Of a stretch of DNA of 64,000 bases, positions 59,252 through 64,000 are shown piece after piece (position 1 is the stretch's first letter; each line of letters begins with the position of its first letter). The stretch comes from a virus (lineage: Duplodnaviria > Caudoviricetes), in the IMG/VR virus record IMGVR_UViG_3300013121_000023, positions 96,001-160,000 of that record. One strand, given 5' to 3'. The notes below the pieces were generated by a model, which had not been told where the DNA came from, ran no database searches, and was given only the letters and a program-made list of their open reading frames with translations. The position numbers and the translations under genes were made by a program.

Positions 59252-61138
59252 ATGAGTTTCACGTACCCTTCAATGCCCGGTATGAGCAGCGGGCGCTATG
59301 CGGGCGGTACAAGGGGCCGTATACAAAACGCTGCCTCTGGTATAGCGTACCCACACCCGTTTTTCGATCTAGCGCATACCTACCTACCACCATCTGTAAA
59401 GATACTTCTGTTTTGGTGTAGGTATTACTTCCTAACCCAACCGATCATAAACATGATTGTGTTTAGGTTGGCTGAGTATCCGATTACAGAGCTGTTGGTT
59501 GAGCACGAAGATGCTGATGTTAGAAAGCTCTGGACAGATTATATGCAAGAGCACTTGGACATCAGATCGTTTCAAGTTGAAACTGGTCTTGACTACCATG
59601 TGTATGGAATAGTGTTTGTATCTATACACTATCCTCTCGTAAAGACTCTGAAGTGTACTTCGTGTGGCTTTAGCGCTCCTGCTAAGAAATTGAGGGAGCA
59701 CTGGTCATTTGTTAGCTATGAGTTCAAGTTGCGCTGCCCGCACTGTGGCGTAACTGCGGCAGCTCAACCAAACGACATATACCCAAGGAACCCACACAAC
59801 ATAAGACTGATAAGATGGAACCCTGAAAACATAGAATCTCAGCACAACGAGATTTCTGGTGAAGTCTCTTATTTCTATAACATACCTAATCAAATAAGAA
59901 ACGATGTAATGGCCGGTAAGAAGGAAATAGTTGAGACCACCCCTCAGCTATACCTACAGGCCATAAAAGAAAAGCGTGGCGTGAAGATGAGCCCCAAAAA
60001 TCTCTTCGTTTTGAAGAGACCTAATCTGTCTGGTTTGGACAGAGGCTGGGGTCTACCTATCATGCTTCCGCTTCTGAAGGATGCCTTTTACCTACAGATA
60101 ATGAAGAAGAGCCAGGAGACTAATCTTCTGGAGCATCTTGTGCCTTTGCGCGTTCTGTACCCGCAGCCGGCTACTGGTTCTAGCGATCCATTTACACTGG
60201 TAAATCTGACACAGTGGCGTGAATTCATAGGAAACGAGATAGCTCGTTGGAGAATGGACCCTGGATACATACCTATCGCGCCTATACCTATAGGTCAGCA
60301 ATCTATAGGTGGTGACGGCAAGGCTCTGCTTCTACAGGGTGAGATAAACAGCCAGATAGAACAGTTGATATATGGCACGGGTGTACCTAAAGAATTTGTG
60401 TATGGCGGCATGTCTTGGTCGGGTACTAACGTATCGCTAAGAATGCTTGAGAACATGTTTCTGGGGTACATACAGAGACAGCACCAGCTGGTTAAATGGA
60501 TAGTGGAGTCAGTGTCTGCTTTTACTGGTTGGCCTAAAGTTGGTCACAGATTTAAGCCGTTTAAGATGGCCGATGACATCCAACGTAGAGCATTTGACTT
60601 GCAACTAAATGCCGCTGGTAAGCTATCTGACGAGTCTTTGTTGGCGAATGCCGATTATGACGCTTCCAAAGAAACTGAGATAGCTCTGGAAGAAGCTGAT
60701 AGAAGACTTCAAGTCATGAAGAAACAACAGCTAGCCAACGCCAAGATACAAGGTGAAGCTCAGCTAATCATGACCCAGTACCAAGTGAAGGCGCAACAAG
60801 CCATGGCTATTGCTCAACAAGCTCCAGCAGCTCAAGGCGAGGCCAATGAAGGCATGCAGTCTCCTATTGGGCAGGGCAACAGGATGGAGCCCGGTACAGG
60901 TGGCTTGGACTTGAGATACGCTGCTCAGCAGCAAGCCATGTCCATAGCTGCACAACCACAGCAGGCACAGCAAATAGCCTTGCAAAATCTGGCTCAGATG
61001 AATGGTCCTGAGTTTGCTAGCATGGTTCAGCAAATGCTGGCCCAGATGAATGGTGCCAACGCAAGTGCTAATCCTTTGATGAATACACAGCCACTACCTG
61101 AGCAAAGAGCACCTAGAAGAGAAGCTTCAGCTGTTTGA
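59252..61138 (+). CDS. portal protein with zinc-ribbon insertion
   Basis: AEYPIT, G.DY..YG..F, GWG.P, G.GVP.EF..GG, FK..DD; CTSC..CPHC insert; Q/A-rich tail; no in-frame TTA found. Confidence 0.75.
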   Translation: MSFTYPSMPGMSSGRYAGGTRGRIQNAASGIAYPHPFFDLAHTYLPPSVKILLFWCRYYFLTQPIINMIVFRLAEYPITELLVEHEDADVRKLWTDYMQEHLDIRSFQVETGLDYHVYGIVFVSIHYPLVKTLKCTSCGFSAPAKKLREHWSFVSYEFKLRCPHCGVTAAAQPNDIYPRNPHNIRLIRWNPENIESQHNEISGEVSYFYNIPNQIRNDVMAGKKEIVETTPQLYLQAIKEKRGVKMSPKNLFVLKRPNLSGLDRGWGLPIMLPLLKDAFYLQIMKKSQETNLLEHLVPLRVLYPQPATGSSDPFTLVNLTQWREFIGNEIARWRMDPGYIPIAPIPIGQQSIGGDGKALLLQGEINSQIEQLIYGTGVPKEFVYGGMSWSGTNVSLRMLENMFLGYIQRQHQLVKWIVESVSAFTGWPKVGHRFKPFKMADDIQRRAFDLQLNAAGKLSDESLLANADYDASKETEIALEEADRRLQVMKKQQLANAKIQGEAQLIMTQYQVKAQQAMAIAQQAPAAQGEANEGMQSPIGQGNRMEPGTGGLDLRYAAQQQAMSIAAQPQQAQQIALQNLAQMNGPEFASMVQQMLAQMNGANASANPLMNTQPLPEQRAPRREASAV

Positions 61139-61139
61139 G

Positions 61140-61169
61140 TAGCTAAAGAAGGGGGAGAAATCCCCCTTC
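61140..61169. terminator. terminator between convergent genes
   Basis: GAAGGGGGA-GAAA-TCCCCCTTC preceded by TAGCTAAA. Confidence 0.8.
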
Positions 61170-61176
61170 AAGTTTT

Positions 61177-61518
61177 CTACTTCCTGTTTATTATCCTTCT
61201 TACTCTCACCTCTCTTATCTTGCGGACTATTTCACAGCCCGCGTCCATAAATGTTTTTACGCAGCCGTCGTCTCCAACGACTGCGAACCCGTCTTTGTCT
61301 CCCACCGTGATTGGGTAGAAGACTCCACTGTTCAATATGTAATAGTCCATTGTGTCAAATGCCATCTTGATTTGTTTCATTATTATTTTTCGGGCAAGCG
61401 TGCCAGATATTCCGAACCTTTGGTTAAGTCGCTCACATGCGTGGCGACTCATACCCTTTGGCCTTCTAGGGCTAGGGCCATTTGTCGTCGTCGTCGTCGT
61501 CGTCGTCAACATCGTCAT
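61177..61518 (-). CDS. small protein with HAxER motif (RNase toxin-like fold possible)
   Basis: SRHACERLNQRF..VKTF; start uncertain. Confidence 0.5.
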   Translation of the reverse strand: MTMLTTTTTTTTNGPSPRRPKGMSRHACERLNQRFGISGTLARKIIMKQIKMAFDTMDYYILNSGVFYPITVGDKDGFAVVGDDGCVKTFMDAGCEIVRKIREVRVRRIINRK

Positions 61519-62002
61519 TGTCGTCTTCTCCAGTGAAAATGTCCCACAACTCTTCGTTTGAGTTCATAGCTACTGCGCAATCGAAACAAACGAAGGTCGC
61601 ATTGTTCTCATCGATTTTTATGACCGGTGAGATTGGGGCCGCATTTTCTTTGTATATAGGGCTCTTTTTTGGGGCCGTTATTTTTGCTTCTGCCGCTCTT
61701 ATGCATTGCACTTGATAAGCAATAAATCTACAGCAGCGTGAACATACGCACGCTGGATCTGACGTTTCTCCCTCTTCTACTGCTACAGGTACGTCAGATA
61801 CACTGTTGAACAACTCCCCCCAACAGTGCTCATGCATTATTAGAGGATCTTCCTCCTCTATTATGAAATTTGGTAGATTGTGCATCCTTTCGAAAAATCC
61901 AATATTCAGCACTACTACCAACTCTTTGCATTTGAAGGAATCGCCGCATGTGCAAGCGAATTCTTCTTCTAGTATTGCATTAATAATTTCGTCAACGTCC
62001 AT
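61472..62002 (-). CDS. acidic Cys/His-rich hypothetical protein
   Basis: C.CG, HEHC, CSRC, CFDC; poly-Asp tail from GTC repeat. Confidence 0.6.
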   Translation of the reverse strand: MDVDEIINAILEEEFACTCGDSFKCKELVVVLNIGFFERMHNLPNFIIEEEDPLIMHEHCWGELFNSVSDVPVAVEEGETSDPACVCSRCCRFIAYQVQCIRAAEAKITAPKKSPIYKENAAPISPVIKIDENNATFVCFDCAVAMNSNEELWDIFTGEDDNDDVDDDDDDDDKWP

Positions 62003-62514
62003 TTAACCTTTACAGTTTCTACTGATATCCATCTTCTCATTATCCTTTCATACTCTGTACTGTGTTCAAACAAGAACAATCTTTCCAAATAATCTCCACC
62101 ATCAAAATGTATACGTCTTTCTATTTCCGTGTATAGTGCAATATCAAATCCAATGTCTTCGATCTCTCTGACATAGAGATCGTCTTGAAGGTCAATCTGG
62201 TCCATGGTGAACCCAACGTACTGCCTACTATCAACGTTTACGTAAGGCTCGTCTAGCCACGGACATTCATCACCACTATCATACATACCTATTAGATGTT
62301 CAAAATCCCTTTGATTTATAAATGTGGAGAACCCACGGTTATCCACAAGTCTTACTCTCAGACCGTATCTATTGGTGGGGTAAAAGAATCCACTAACTGA
62401 CCAGTGTCTGTTTTTTACTACGGGATCTTTGACTTGATACCCGATCAAGCCAAAAGTGTCTGGTAGCATCAGTGATACTACCGGTCTTGGTATTGTCCAT
62501 GGGTTAGTAATCAT
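61984..62514 (-). CDS. hypothetical protein ending at TTA TTA
   Basis: start MITNPW 62514 (TAATG overlap); an in-frame TTA just upstream excludes the longer start. Confidence 0.6.
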
Positions 62515-62599
62515 TAGTAACCAAGATTTATCCTTCTTACTATGTGGGCATTTGCTGCCCAAACGATTCCAAGTGCAAATGACTTTATAAATAGCCAAA

Positions 62600-62737
62600 T
62601 CATTCGTCCTCCTTATCATCATCCTCGGTCTTTCTTTCTGGGTTGTATATTTCTTCTATTAGTTGTTCAAACATTGCACATGTGTTTGCACATGTGTTTG
62701 ACTCGTTCGACTCGTCTGTTTCTTCTGGTTCTCTCAT
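62600..62737 (-). CDS. 45-aa acidic peptide
   Basis: MREPEETDESNES...KEDE; directly after a GGCATAAGA motif; contains 12-nt tandem repeat. Confidence 0.4.
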   Translation of the reverse strand: MREPEETDESNESNTCANTCAMFEQLIEEIYNPERKTEDDDKEDE

Positions 62738-62796
62738 CTTGTTTCTTATGCCAGTTAGAGCTATGCTTTTACGGCCTATATACTGGAATCGAGAAC

Positions 62797-64000
62797 ATGG
62801 CTCATCTAAACCCGCAAGAGGCTCACGAGTATTTTCAGGGTAGGGTTATCGAAGCGCTTAAATCCGGCTTTCCAATAACCGGTAAGTACTACGACCTCCA
62901 CCTTGAGAATGTCCAAGCCAAGGACAACTTGGGCGTAGATGACATCCACGAACAACACCGCGCAAGAGTGGCCGGTGAAACGTGGTCTGTACCAGTGCAC
63001 GGTACAGTCGTCATCAAGGACAAAAACGGTAAAACGCTGTCGTCGTCCAACATGAAGTTGGTAGATGTACCTAAGATGACAGCTCGCCACTCCTATATAG
63101 TCGGGGGTCAGGAGTACCAGCTAGACAACCAATGGCAACTAAAGCCCGGTGTTTATGTTCGTCGCGATAGAAAAGACAACATAGAGGCTCAAATAAATGC
63201 CATAGGTAGGGGCGGCGGATTTGGTATAAATTTCGATACTACGTCCAAGGTATTCAACCTTGAGTATAACAAGGCAAACATACCTATTTACCCCATCATG
63301 AAAGCTCTGGGAGCTAATGATGCGTATCTAGAGAGTATTTGGGGTAAAGACGTTTTTGAAGCCAATGCGAAAGCTAAAAACGTCAGTAACTCTCTTGCTA
63401 GGTTTTACAAGACCACGACCAACAAAGAGCCGGCATCTGTAGAGGAAGCCGCTCAACACGTTCGTACATTCTTGGGAAATCTGAAAGTACGACCAGAAGT
63501 TACGAAAATAACTCTAGGAAAAGAGTTCAGCGGAATAAACGGTGATTTGCTACAAAGCGCCACCGAGAAGATGCTGAAGGTACAAGCGGGACACCCCGAA
63601 GATGATCGAGACTCTTTGGTCTTCAAAGATCTTAGATCTGGTGGTGACTACGCGCACGACCAACTGGTGTCTGCCCTTAGAACTATAAAGACAAAAGTTC
63701 AGCGTAAGTTGAACTCCATGCAGCAGCCAGATGTATATGGCTCCTTTCACCACGATTATTTCAATAAGCCTATTAAAGGCATATTTGAATCGTCTGTAGG
63801 TAGGCTGGCGTCACAGATAAACCCAGTAGAAATGCTATCGTCGTCGTTTCAAACGACTATACTTGGTCCTGGTGGCATATCGTCTGTGGAGCGTATAAAT
63901 GATGAGGCTAAACTCATCAACCCATCACACTTTGGTCTACTGGACCCAATTGTTACTCCAGAGGGAGACAAGACAGGTATTACCCTCAGACTACCGATGG
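62797..64000 (+). CDS. rpoB: phage DNA-directed RNA polymerase beta-like subunit (partial, runs off window)
   Basis: PKMT..SYIVGGQEY..Q..PGVY, DDRDSL..K.L, SQINP, LGPGG, NPSHFGLLDPIVTPEGDKTG align by eye with conserved RpoB regions. Confidence 0.9.
   Translation, partial: MAHLNPQEAHEYFQGRVIEALKSGFPITGKYYDLHLENVQAKDNLGVDDIHEQHRARVAGETWSVPVHGTVVIKDKNGKTLSSSNMKLVDVPKMTARHSYIVGGQEYQLDNQWQLKPGVYVRRDRKDNIEAQINAIGRGGGFGINFDTTSKVFNLEYNKANIPIYPIMKALGANDAYLESIWGKDVFEANAKAKNVSNSLARFYKTTTNKEPASVEEAAQHVRTFLGNLKVRPEVTKITLGKEFSGINGDLLQSATEKMLKVQAGHPEDDRDSLVFKDLRSGGDYAHDQLVSALRTIKTKVQRKLNSMQQPDVYGSFHHDYFNKPIKGIFESSVGRLASQINPVEMLSSSFQTTILGPGGISSVERINDEAKLINPSHFGLLDPIVTPEGDKTGITLRLPM

Noticed and set aside
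1-64000. Full TAG-to-Gln recoding (code 15) suggested by the CUA tRNA
   Set aside because: Long conserved genes are not broken by TAG, and TAG ends genes directly before terminators (e.g. 38023, 22050); only leaky suppression is supported
1-64000. Assembly errors (TAA miscalled as TTA) as the cause of run-on ORFs
   Set aside because: Would not explain the absence of TTA from thousands of internal codons or doubled TTA TTA ends; read mapping is still advisable

Overview
A 64-kb segment of a large dsDNA (jumbo-type) tailed phage genome. Layout: tail/baseplate/fibre genes and a probable lysis pair (0.25-12.1 kb, +); a long block of small accessory genes with paralogue expansions, a Pth2-like peptidyl-tRNA hydrolase, two AAA ATPases and a ~500-nt highly structured non-coding region (12.2-27.8 kb, +); a minus-strand cluster of tRNAs mixed with odd tRNA-like RNAs (27.4-30.3 kb); a second structural module ending in a SNF2-helicase/pyrophosphatase-like fusion (30.3-38 kb, -); an amber-suppressor tRNA; a full replication/recombination operon (dCTP deaminase, RusA, Cas4-like nuclease, resolvase, RecA, family A polymerase, SSB-like, primase, DnaB, UDG, SF2 helicase; 39.5-56.2 kb, -); head genes including portal (56.3-61.1 kb, +); and the start of a phage RNA polymerase beta-like gene running off the end (missed by the ORF track). 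Main discovery: TTA (normally Leu) behaves as a stop codon. I found no in-frame TTA inside the long genes I scanned by eye, yet about 24 genes have an in-frame TTA where they should end (overlapping the next ATG as TTATG, just before terminator hairpins, before a tRNA, right after a slippery site). The same window has a CUA suppressor tRNA, a Pth2 domain behind an in-frame amber codon, and several restructured tRNA mimics, which together suggest phage-driven rewiring of translation termination. CDS ends below are given at the TTA where this applies. All motif and structure calls were read by eye; no searches or folding programs were run.
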